Positions 1-8,756 of a DNA stretch of 64,000 nt are shown here, piece by piece. Position 1 is the stretch's first letter. Every line of letters begins with the position of its first letter. Origin of the DNA: Deltaproteobacteria bacterium (GTDB lineage Bacteria > SAR324 > XYD2-FULL-50-16). Below the pieces are notes generated by a model. The model made no database searches, was not told the DNA's origin, and saw nothing but the letters and a program-made list of their open reading frames with translations. The position numbers and the translations under genes were made by a program. The stretch covers positions 33 to 64,032 of the forward strand of contig JABGPJ010000099.1 of assembly GCA_018645005.1 (NCBI GenBank), written 5' to 3'.

Positions 1-2
1 TG

Positions 3-1415
3 GAAGGTGTTTATTGGATAAATATTCCTGATGTCGATTTGAGAATACTGTGCGGATGCCCGGCTGATAGCATTAAACATCTGACCACCAAAGGATTGCT
101 ACCGATTGTCAGTGAAGATGGTTTGGAATTTGAGTCTGGACCCAACGCTATTTTACTCTCTGATGATTTAGTCCAGAACGGAAGCCTGGCCAATGCCTCT
201 GAATTTGTAGCCTACCATATGTTTTATACCCAGGGAATGATCATTCCTGTGCATCCAAATTTCAAGAAACCCAAGCCCTTAATGATCGGTAAAAAAGGTC
301 AGGTGGATGCTCAAATGGAATACATCTACCGTGGAAACTATGGATTGACCAGTGAAAAGGAGTTTATTGCCTGCGGTGAGACCGATTCGTTTATCAAAGA
401 AAACATCGCGATGAAACTGCGATTTGCGCAAGACAATTTCCTACATACCAGGGATTTGGTAGATGCTGTCTATCTTGATCGCAAAAAAGTGGAGCTTCGT
501 CAGGGCGTTTTTGTCAGACGAATAAAACACAATGTTTTCACCTTTTACTACCAGAACAAATCGGTGCAGGTCGATCTGAATCTGGGAAAATACCGTCACT
601 ATCAACCCTCTTTTCTTCTGCCGCAGATCACTATCCCCAACGACTATTTTTCGGTAATTCATACAGGAGAGGGCGACGGTTGGAATCCGAACAAACCGAG
701 CCTCAGCAGTGTTATTCAATTTGATGGCCACTTTTTTTTGATTGATGCGGGGCCTCATATAATAAAGATTCTAAAGGCGGTTGGACTTTCGCCGGATCAG
801 CTGTCCGGCATTTTTATGACCCATGTTCACGATGATCATTTTGCCGGATTGTTTGACTTGATTGATGAAAAAAATCCGCTGACAATCTTCTCAACTCCGG
901 TCATTCGTTCGACAGTCGTAAAAAAACTCGCTGCTCTGCTTTCAGTCACAGAAAAAAAGATCAACAGCTATTTTAAATTTTCCGATCTGAAAAGAAACGT
1001 CTGGAACAAACAGTCTGGTATGGAAATCAAACCTCTGCCGACTGCTCATCCGGTGGACACCACCCTGTTTATATTTCGGGCGAAGGGTAAAAAAAGGTAC
1101 TATAGCTACGGACACTATAGTGATATTGTTGCGCTGAGCTGGCTGAAAACAATGATTGTTGATAAAAAAAGCAAAATCGGAGTTTCTAAAAAGTATTTTG
1201 AGTCAGTCAAAGCTGATCTTGAAATAGTCCTGGATCTTAAAAAGGTTGATGTCGGTGGACCAACAATACACGGAGATGCCGAAGACTTTGTCAATGACAA
1301 ATCCGGGAAACTGGTTTTGGGACACACTCATACCCCGTTTACTGAGAGGCAACTGGCCATCGGAAATGAGGTAACCTTTGGGCATGTCGATACCCTGATA
1401 CAAAAGAAGCCCTGA
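3..1415 (+). CDS. MBL-fold metallo-hydrolase with uncharacterised N-terminal region (probably 5'-truncated by window edge)
   Basis: ORF track 39..1415 begins at a TTG, but the same frame has no stop back to nt 3, so the true start may lie upstream of the window. The C-terminal half has the metallo-beta-lactamase signature 'FFLIDAGP ... FMTHVHDDHFAGL' (HxHxDH). The first ~230 aa match no family I recognise. Confidence 0.7.
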   Translation, partial: EGVYWINIPDVDLRILCGCPADSIKHLTTKGLLPIVSEDGLEFESGPNAILLSDDLVQNGSLANASEFVAYHMFYTQGMIIPVHPNFKKPKPLMIGKKGQVDAQMEYIYRGNYGLTSEKEFIACGETDSFIKENIAMKLRFAQDNFLHTRDLVDAVYLDRKKVELRQGVFVRRIKHNVFTFYYQNKSVQVDLNLGKYRHYQPSFLLPQITIPNDYFSVIHTGEGDGWNPNKPSLSSVIQFDGHFFLIDAGPHIIKILKAVGLSPDQLSGIFMTHVHDDHFAGLFDLIDEKNPLTIFSTPVIRSTVVKKLAALLSVTEKKINSYFKFSDLKRNVWNKQSGMEIKPLPTAHPVDTTLFIFRAKGKKRYYSYGHYSDIVALSWLKTMIVDKKSKIGVSKKYFESVKADLEIVLDLKKVDVGGPTIHGDAEDFVNDKSGKLVLGHTHTPFTERQLAIGNEVTFGHVDTLIQKKP

Positions 1416-1568
1416 TTCAAACCATTCAGTACAATATAAGGGCAAGGTATGACGAACTTGCGTGATTGACCTATCAATAGACATTCGATGCCTGCCTGAG
1501 AGAGCCTGTTTTTTCTGCCGGTTCATCCATAATATTTGCCAATCCCACTGCTCAGAATTCACTGAAAA

Positions 1569-2849
1569 ATGAAATTATCCGATAGTATTCAGATTCCCTG
1601 TTCCAAACCTGTAAGGGGCCGCATCCGCATTCCAGGCTCCAAGAGTATTGCCAATCGGGCGATTTTAATCGCTTCTCTTGCTAAAGGCGTCAGTTGCCTG
1701 GACGGGATGCTTTTTTCAGATGACACACTTTATATGATGGCGGCTTGGGAAAATCTGGGCTCTGAGTTCAGGCATGATGGCGATCTTCTTGAGATTACCG
1801 GGTGTGATGGCAGACTTTTACCTTTCTCAACACCGATCTATGTTGAAAACGCAGGTACTGCAGCACGATTTTTAACAGCCGCTTTGACGTTAGGGGAAGG
1901 GACTTACGTTCTTGATGGTAATGAACGCATGCGCCAGCGTCCGATTCTTGATTTACTTGGCGCACTGAACGATTTAGGTGGTGATGTCAAAGATGCTCTG
2001 GGGAGCGGTTGCCCACCTGTTACCGTTTCTGCCAGAGGGTTATCTGGTGGTGTGGTCAGTATTCCCGGGGAGAAAAGTTCTCAATATATTAGCGCGATTC
2101 TTCTTGCTGCACCCTATGCCGAAAACCAGACAACGATTGAGATTACCGGCAGTCTGGTCTCAAGAAGTTATGTGGAACTGACGATCAATATGATGAGATC
2201 TTTTGGTGTCCAATGTGACTGGTTGACCGATAGCTCATTGACCATTAAGCCAGGGCAGAGGTACATGGCTCAAAATTATAGCATTGAAGGAGATGCATCA
2301 TCGGCGTCTTACTTTTTTGGCCTGGCCGCCATTACCCGCGGTAGGATCAAGGTTACCGGAATAAAACCGGACAGTTCTCAGGGAGATCTGGGGTTGCTGG
2401 GGATACTGGAACAGATGGGATGTGAAGTGCACTGGGAGGATGATGGTGTTGTCGTAATTGGAAAGCCGCTGCAAGCGGTGGAAGTAGATATGAATACAAT
2501 GAGCGATGTCGCTCCCACTCTGGCGGTAATTGCGCTCTTTGCTGAAGGAACCACAAAGATTTTGAATGTGGGAAACATGAGAATAAAAGAGTGTGACCGT
2601 ATCCATGCGTTAACAACAGAGCTGCGTAAGCTGGGTGCGACAGTGGACGAGACTGAGACAGGCATCAGTGTCACAGGCGGTTTGTCATATCAGGGAACAG
2701 ATCTGGAAACCTGGGACGATCATCGTATGGCCATGTCTCTCTCACTGGCTGGTTTGAGGATACCGGGCGTCACTATTCTTAATCCTCATTGCGTTAGCAA
2801 GACTTTTCCAACATTTTTCGAGAAGTTTATGCCGTTCTTGAAATCTTGA
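1569..2849 (+). CDS. aroA: 3-phosphoshikimate 1-carboxyvinyltransferase (EPSP synthase)
   Basis: 426 aa. 'IRIPGSKSIANRAILIASLAKG', 'GNERMRQRPI' and 'DHRMAMSLSLAGL' are classic EPSP synthase motifs; the length is typical. Confidence 0.95.
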   Translation: MKLSDSIQIPCSKPVRGRIRIPGSKSIANRAILIASLAKGVSCLDGMLFSDDTLYMMAAWENLGSEFRHDGDLLEITGCDGRLLPFSTPIYVENAGTAARFLTAALTLGEGTYVLDGNERMRQRPILDLLGALNDLGGDVKDALGSGCPPVTVSARGLSGGVVSIPGEKSSQYISAILLAAPYAENQTTIEITGSLVSRSYVELTINMMRSFGVQCDWLTDSSLTIKPGQRYMAQNYSIEGDASSASYFFGLAAITRGRIKVTGIKPDSSQGDLGLLGILEQMGCEVHWEDDGVVVIGKPLQAVEVDMNTMSDVAPTLAVIALFAEGTTKILNVGNMRIKECDRIHALTTELRKLGATVDETETGISVTGGLSYQGTDLETWDDHRMAMSLSLAGLRIPGVTILNPHCVSKTFPTFFEKFMPFLKS

Positions 2850-2867
2850 GCTCTTTTCTAACCTCAG

Positions 2868-4163
2868 CTACATGCGCACCCATGGATTGAGGAGTTGTTC
2901 CAGTCTTTGCCGATGTTTTTCCGGGGAAGGGCCGACTATCGTAAAACAGGTTTGATCCTGCTGTAGAAGTGAACACAAGGACGCATTGACCTCGTTCAAT
3001 GAAATTGCAGTGATCTTTTGCAGCACTTCGCTATAAGAAAAAAGTTGCGGATAGATTAGTGGGGCCATCGTTTCGTACAGAATACCTTGGGCGGAATCCT
3101 GATTGCAATCCAGTGCGATTCGATGTCTTCTTTTCGCCAGATTCAATTCCTCACTGGTCACCCCCGTTTCAATCAGGTCGTTGATCAGATCGGTGAGGAC
3201 CGTGATCAGTTCCGGCAGCCTGTCTTGACCGATCTGCGAAAGGATTGAAAGGGTTGCGCCGTTGTCGAAGTAAAGCATTTCTGCCGAAATCTCATAGACC
3301 AGGCCCTTCTCTTCTCGGATCAGCCGTTGTAAACGACTACTGGATCCATCATTGAGTATCCGCCGAATCAGTTGATATTGAATTCGCAGATCGCCAGTCA
3401 TTGGATAGTGAGGGAAAGTCCACTGCAGATCATATTGATTGTCTTTGTCTTCAATCAGCAAAATCTGCTTTTCCATGGGTGTTTGTGAGACTGTGGGATA
3501 ATTCTGTCGTTTTGAAACAGATTTTTGTGAGAAGAGCTTTGAAAAAAGCTGTACCGTCTTGTCGGGTTCGATATCTCCTGTGACACCTATCAGCATGTTT
3601 CCGGGTTGATAATAGGTCCGATACCAGTCAACCAGATCCTCACGGGTGATATTTTCTATTGAAGAACGAGTCCCCGACACCGAACGTCCGATGCCATGGT
3701 CCGGCCAGAGTTTGGCAGCACTGATACCATCCACATCAATTAGCTGATTGTTCTCATTATAGTCCGCCTTTAACTCCTCGAGTATGATTGAGCGTTCTAT
3801 CTCAAGATCTTCAAACAGCGGCTCCTGCATAAAATGGCAGAAGCGCTTCAATCCCAATTCAAAGTAATCAAAATGATAATCCAACCAGAACTCGGTAAAG
3901 TCGAATGATGTCACGGCATTCAAATCCCCGCCCATCTCTTCCATTTTGAGATTCAGTTGGTGGCTGCTGCCCAGCTGAGTATTGCCCCTGAACATCATGT
4001 GTTCAAGGAAATGTGATATACCACTGTTTTGCAGGTTTTCGTGGGCAGAACCCACGGAAACGATGCTGCGGAGATTAATTGTTTTAACACCTGGATAAGA
4101 GATGGCGCAAATCTGCATGCCGTTTGGCAGTGAGTGTATCCGAGTCTGGCTAAGATGGTTCAA
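2868..4163 (-). CDS. M16-family (pitrilysin/insulinase-like) zinc peptidase
   Basis: 431 aa. Inverted zinc-binding motif 'HFLEHMMFRGN' (HxxEH) near the N-terminus; size fits a two-domain M16 protein. Confidence 0.85.
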   Translation of the reverse strand: MNHLSQTRIHSLPNGMQICAISYPGVKTINLRSIVSVGSAHENLQNSGISHFLEHMMFRGNTQLGSSHQLNLKMEEMGGDLNAVTSFDFTEFWLDYHFDYFELGLKRFCHFMQEPLFEDLEIERSIILEELKADYNENNQLIDVDGISAAKLWPDHGIGRSVSGTRSSIENITREDLVDWYRTYYQPGNMLIGVTGDIEPDKTVQLFSKLFSQKSVSKRQNYPTVSQTPMEKQILLIEDKDNQYDLQWTFPHYPMTGDLRIQYQLIRRILNDGSSSRLQRLIREEKGLVYEISAEMLYFDNGATLSILSQIGQDRLPELITVLTDLINDLIETGVTSEELNLAKRRHRIALDCNQDSAQGILYETMAPLIYPQLFSYSEVLQKITAISLNEVNASLCSLLQQDQTCFTIVGPSPEKHRQRLEQLLNPWVRM

Positions 4164-4228
4164 AATTATTTTTTATTGTGTAATGGTTTTTCAGTTGGAC
4201 AGCTGCTTAATTCATAAGCATGTTTGGG

Positions 4229-5182
4229 TTAGACCTGGGAAACATATTTTTCTAGTAAAATAAGGTCTTTACTAAAATTACGAATCCCCTCCGCCAGTTT
4301 TTCTGTGGCCATGGCATCTTCATTCAACTGCCAGCGAAATGCCTTTTCATCCATACTGATCTTTTCCAGCTCATCTGGAAGTTGCATGTCGACACTCAGT
4401 TTTTGTATCAACTCGCTTTCGTCGTTCTGCAAATCATCCAGAAAATTGGGGCCAATGGTCAACCGGTCACACCCTGCCAACTGCTCTATTTCACCGGTAT
4501 TCCTGAAACTGGCTCCCATCACAATTGTTTTGTATCCGAATTTTTTGTAATACTGGTAGATCCGTTTGACAGACAACACACCGGGGTCAGTTTCGGCGGT
4601 ATATTCAATCCCTTCTTTGTTTTTGTACCAGTCCAGAATTCTGCCCACAAAAGGTGAGATGAGAAAAGCTCCAGCCTCCGCGCATGCGACAGCTTGACAA
4701 AACCCGAACAGTAACGTGAGATTACAGTTAATTCCCTCTTTTTCAAGAATTTCAGCGGCTTTGATGCCTTCCCAAGTGGCAGCGATTTTTATCAAAACTC
4801 TGTTTTTGGGAATCCCTTCCGTCTCATACAAAGAGATCAGTTGTCTGGCTCTTGTGATTGTTTTTTCCGTGTTGAATGAAATGCGGGCATCGACTTCAGT
4901 GGATACGCGACCAGGGATGAGATCCAGAATCTCCTTTCCAAAATTGACTGCCAGCTTATCCAGAATATTATCCAGCTGCAGGCTTGCACTACCGCCCTGT
5001 CCTTTGCCCCATTGAATCGCCTCCTTGACAAGATTCTGGTACTCAGGCATTTGCGCGGCTTTGAACAGTAATGATGGATTGGTAGTCGCATCCTCCGGGG
5101 AATACTGTTTAATGGTGTTAATATCGCCGGTATCAGCGACAACAACGGTCATTTGCCTGAGTTGAGAAAGCTTGTTGCCCAT
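4229..5182 (-). CDS. tal: Transaldolase (TalB type)
   Basis: 317 aa. '[35 protein letters not shown]' is nearly collinear with the E. coli TalB N-terminus; '[15 protein letters not shown]' contains the catalytic-Lys region. Confidence 0.95.
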   Translation of the reverse strand: MGNKLSQLRQMTVVVADTGDINTIKQYSPEDATTNPSLLFKAAQMPEYQNLVKEAIQWGKGQGGSASLQLDNILDKLAVNFGKEILDLIPGRVSTEVDARISFNTEKTITRARQLISLYETEGIPKNRVLIKIAATWEGIKAAEILEKEGINCNLTLLFGFCQAVACAEAGAFLISPFVGRILDWYKNKEGIEYTAETDPGVLSVKRIYQYYKKFGYKTIVMGASFRNTGEIEQLAGCDRLTIGPNFLDDLQNDESELIQKLSVDMQLPDELEKISMDEKAFRWQLNEDAMATEKLAEGIRNFSKDLILLEKYVSQV

Positions 5183-5250
5183 TTTATGCTCCGGTTAAGG
5201 TTAATTACAAGGGTGTCACCCTGGGGTTCTATTTTAAAAATGATGCTAAA

Positions 5251-5595
5251 GGTCGGCTAATAAATTAGTTCACATAGGGATCGTACAAAAATAACTTGGC
5301 ATAATCTGGCCGCAAAAGTCCTATAAAGACTGGACATTTTGTAGACAAAATGCCAAGTCAACGTGTTTTCTTTACACTAATGGAAAACACTTGAGTAATT
5401 TTTGAGTCAACCCATAATCTATTTGCAAAAACCCCCCAAAACACTGGACATTTTGCAGACAGAATGCCAATTAATTTTTGAGCCGACCCTAAGGGATCGT
5501 ACAAAAATAACTTGGCATAATCTGTCCGCAAAAGTCCCGTAAAGACTGGACATTTTGCAGACAGAATGCCAATTAATTTTTGAGCCGACCCTAAG
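5251..5595. repeat. Cluster of family A palindromic repeats (about 3.5 abutting or nested copies of a ~103-nt imperfect inverted-repeat element)
   Basis: Read directly from the sequence. Full copy at 5493..5595: 'gggatcgtacaaaaataacttggcataatctgtccgcaaaagtcc-cgtaaa-gactggacattttgcagacagaatgccaattaatttttgagccgaccctaag'. Copy at 5277..5415 carries an internal 28-nt hairpin insertion. Partial copy at 5413..5492. Truncated arm at 5251..5276. The left arm is the imperfect reverse complement of the right arm. Confidence 0.85.
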
Positions 5596-5884
5596 ATAAA
5601 TATTCCGGATCCTTCAAGGCTCTCCGGAGGAGAATCTACTCTTGACTAACGAAATTCTCTTGATAGAGAAAAGAAAATGTGAGACCTTCTTGTCTGCTTT
5701 TCAATGTAAATATCGTTCGAGTTTTAGACCGGTTTCGACAGCGTTAGCGTTCATTTTCAATCCGAAACTGTTGTCGAAAGGCTTAGCCTCTGTTTATGCC
5801 CCTTTTGGACGGGACAGAGGGGGATATTATAAGTCCTTCTCCAGGCAATTAAAGACATTTAACCAGAACGAACCGAGAGTCGCT

Positions 5885-6634
5885 GTGTCCTATTTCCTAT
5901 TTTCAGATGAAATTCAGACCGGGCAATGTATCGCTATCAAGGGTGATGAAGCCAGTCACATTCTTAATTCCCGCAGAATACAAATCGGCGAGGTTATCCA
6001 GATTCAAGACCAGAAAATGCTGAGATATGAAGCTCGTGTTGAGAAAATGACCCACAAAAGCCTGACACTGCTACCGTTTAAAAATCTTAAAACACCGCCG
6101 GAATCTCAGTTGCGCATTCATCTTTACCAGGCCTTGGTAAAAGAAAAGGCGCTGGATGCAATCATTCAAAAGTGTACGGAATTGGGTGTTTGCAGCATCT
6201 GTTTTTTTCAGAGTCGATATTCTCAGCGTTTACAACCAAAGACCGGTCTGGAGAAAAAGAGGCAGCGTTGGCTTCGGATCGCTGTTGAAGCGTGCAAACA
6301 ATCAGGGCGTGTCGCGCCCCCCAATATCACATTTATCTCTGACTTATCAAAATTTCATCAAGTTTCGGTGGAATCGTCAATAGAAACTATTCCAAGTTTT
6401 TGCCTCGAATCATCTGGAGAGACTGTCTCTATGGACAGCATCCTAACCAACGACAGAGAGATTAACTTAATTGTAGGTCCGGAAGGTGGATGGGGACCTG
6501 GAGATCTATCGGAACAGAATTTTCGGTGTGTGCACCTGGGACCGAGGATTCTCCGGTCAGAAACGGCCTCAATTGCAGCTGTTTCTATTTTACAGTTTTT
6601 GTATGGCGATATGAAGAGTGCCCCTCGTTATTAA
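5885..6634 (+). CDS. rsmE: 16S rRNA (uracil1498-N3)-methyltransferase RsmE
   Basis: C-terminal SPOUT-domain motifs 'LYQALVKEKALDAIIQKCTELGV', 'LIVGPEGGW' and 'LGPRILRSETASIAA'. The ORF track starts at TTG 5642 (330 aa). The in-frame GTG at 5885 gives 'VSYFLF...GDEASHILNSRRIQIGEVI', a typical RsmE N-terminus, and a family-typical ~249 aa. The start is ambiguous. Confidence 0.8.
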   Translation: MSYFLFSDEIQTGQCIAIKGDEASHILNSRRIQIGEVIQIQDQKMLRYEARVEKMTHKSLTLLPFKNLKTPPESQLRIHLYQALVKEKALDAIIQKCTELGVCSICFFQSRYSQRLQPKTGLEKKRQRWLRIAVEACKQSGRVAPPNITFISDLSKFHQVSVESSIETIPSFCLESSGETVSMDSILTNDREINLIVGPEGGWGPGDLSEQNFRCVHLGPRILRSETASIAAVSILQFLYGDMKSAPRY

Positions 6635-6910
6635 CCATCTACAAATATAATTCATCTTGGCTTTTTGAGAGAGTTTTATTTCCCATGCAAATCTGTTACG
6701 AGGCCTGGTTTTTTGCGAACCATGCGTCAAATTACTTACCGATAAAGGCAAGATTGCCAAAGGATTAAGGAAGAGACCCGGCGTCTGATCAATGCAGCAG
6801 TGGAAGGAAAGGTTGCCTTGAAACCGGAAGCGTCCAGGGGGTTGTAGGTGACGCCATTTGTCAAAGATGAATTTGAGTTTTTCAGGGTGTAAGCGCCCGC
6901 TGAAATAAAT

Positions 6911-8335
6911 TTAATCGATACGCCCGATGGTGTGTAGTTTGATCAAATTTGTTGATCCCTTTGTCAATGCCAGGCCGGTAACGATAATTACCAGATCGTT
7001 TTTTTTCACATATTTTTTTGCAAGAACAACCTTTTCTCCCTCTGTAATCAGTTTCAGGGAGTCGTGGATCGGCGTGATCAGGATGGGAGTGATGCCCCAG
7101 ACGAGTGACATTCGATTATAAATGGACACGGAAGGAGAAAACGCATATACCGGGCTGGAAGGTCGTTGCTTGGATATCATCTTGGAGGTCTTGCCAGATA
7201 CAGAAAAAGAAAAGATCGCTTCTGCATTCACTTCATGGTGGATGTTTACCGCTGATTGAGATACTGCATGGGCTACCAGATTCCTTTCATCCTTTTCATA
7301 TTGAATATTGTATTTCATAAACTGGGAATTTTCAGCCTCGGTGGCGATTCGCTTCATCATCTGTATCGCTTTGACCGGATATTTTCCTGAAGCTGTCTCA
7401 CCGGACAGCATCACCGCATCCGTACCGTCAAAGATTGCATTTGCCACATCCGAGGCTTCTGCACGTGTGGGTATGGCGTTTGTGCACATGGTCTCCAGCA
7501 TCTGCGTCGCTGTGATAACCAGTTTATTGGCGATCATTGATTTGGTTATGATCTGTTTTTGAATGGTAGGCACCAATTCGGGCCTGAGCTCCACGCCAAG
7601 ATCTCCTCTTGCGACCATAATTCCGTCCGCAGCTTCAATTATTTCATTGATGTTATGAATGGCCTCAGGTTTTTCGATTTTTGCAATAACCGGAATTTCG
7701 GATTTCTGGTTTTTAATAATCGCTTTGATGTGTCGAAGATCCGCAGCTGTCCTAACAAACGAAAGAGCAAAGTAGTCGACGCCGACTTTGATGCCGTATT
7801 TCAGATCTTTGATATCCTTTGTAGTGAGAGATGGTGCCGAGATGTTCACTCCAGGAAGGTTGATTCCCTTATGCTCTTTCAACATACCGCCAACGATGAC
7901 CGTGGTGGTTACCGTATCCGCACTTTTAGAGACGACTTTCAGTTCAACCAGGCCATCGTCAATCAGGATGGTATCCCCCTTTTTTACATCTCCTGGCAGG
8001 TTCGTGTAAGTTGTGGAGACAATACTGTCTGTTCCGACAACTTTTCTCGAGGTGATCTTAAAAGCAGATCTGTTTTTCAATAGAACCGCGACCCCGTTTT
8101 TCAATGTGCCGGTTCGTATTTTTGGGCCCTGCAAATCCAGTAAAATTCCAATCGGTTTATGCGTCTCTTCTGAAAGCTTGCGGATGGTTTGGATGACCTC
8201 GAAATGCTGTTCGTAGGTGCCGTGTGAAAAGTTAAGGCGCGCGACATTCATACCCGCAGATATCATCCGTTTAAGAATCGTCTTGTTATTTGATGCAGGA
8301 CCGATGGTGGCAATTATTTTTGTTTTGTTTGTCAT
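6911..8335 (-). CDS. pyk: Pyruvate kinase
   Basis: 'KTKIIATIGPASNN', 'GMNVARLNFSHG' and 'MVARGDLGVE' motifs. The ORF track begins at TTG 8353. The ATG at 8335 is preceded by 'gaggg' and gives 'MTNKTKIIATIGP', which matches the usual N-terminus. Confidence 0.93.
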   Translation of the reverse strand: MTNKTKIIATIGPASNNKTILKRMISAGMNVARLNFSHGTYEQHFEVIQTIRKLSEETHKPIGILLDLQGPKIRTGTLKNGVAVLLKNRSAFKITSRKVVGTDSIVSTTYTNLPGDVKKGDTILIDDGLVELKVVSKSADTVTTTVIVGGMLKEHKGINLPGVNISAPSLTTKDIKDLKYGIKVGVDYFALSFVRTAADLRHIKAIIKNQKSEIPVIAKIEKPEAIHNINEIIEAADGIMVARGDLGVELRPELVPTIQKQIITKSMIANKLVITATQMLETMCTNAIPTRAEASDVANAIFDGTDAVMLSGETASGKYPVKAIQMMKRIATEAENSQFMKYNIQYEKDERNLVAHAVSQSAVNIHHEVNAEAIFSFSVSGKTSKMISKQRPSSPVYAFSPSVSIYNRMSLVWGITPILITPIHDSLKLITEGEKVVLAKKYVKKNDLVIIVTGLALTKGSTNLIKLHTIGRID

Positions 8336-8605
8336 AATCCCTCTTTCGCTCAATCTTTATAGAAAAACAAACCGGTCTATGCAGGTGAATGCGCTTTTTC
8401 ATTACGAGAATCTTCTCTTGGGTGATCAAACATTGATCAGCTTCTACGGAGATTACTTTAAAGACCGACATTTTTCAACATTAATTTAGAAGGGTTAGGT
8501 GTGGTTTCTAGACGGATAGGGCGTGAGTGTGCACTCGTTTTGCGGATGTTTTTTTGAAACTAAGGAGAGCCAAGTCAAAAGAAAGATTTCACCGGGCTTT
8601 CAGTG

Positions 8606-8632
8606 TGAACATTCTCTATCAGAGAATGTTCA
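8606..8632. promoter_or_regulatory. Perfect 11-bp inverted repeat (tgaacattctc-tatca-gagaatgttca) in the pyk/hisS divergent spacer; possible operator
   Basis: Read directly from the sequence. No flanking T-tract on either strand, so it is not a typical intrinsic terminator. It lies between two divergently transcribed genes. Confidence 0.25.
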
Positions 8633-8756
8633 AAATCATTGAACGAAAGGCAAATCGATGATAAAGTTACATGTCCGTCATTTAAGCGCCTTTTATGTCA
8701 TGCTCGTTTTTTGAGATCCATCCCTAACAAGAGTGCAGGATTGAATTCTAAAGTAA

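Noticed and set aside
5251-5595. Whether the tandem repeats in the tal/rsmE spacer are a CRISPR array
   Set aside because: The units are ~100-nt palindromes that abut or overlap one another. There are no unique spacers of regular length, and no cas genes in the window.
5642-5884. 81-codon N-terminal extension of rsmE implied by the longest ORF (TTG 5642)
   Set aside because: The extension has no similarity to RsmE N-termini. The in-frame GTG at 5885 gives a canonical N-terminus and a family-typical length. I cannot exclude the longer form without a homology search.
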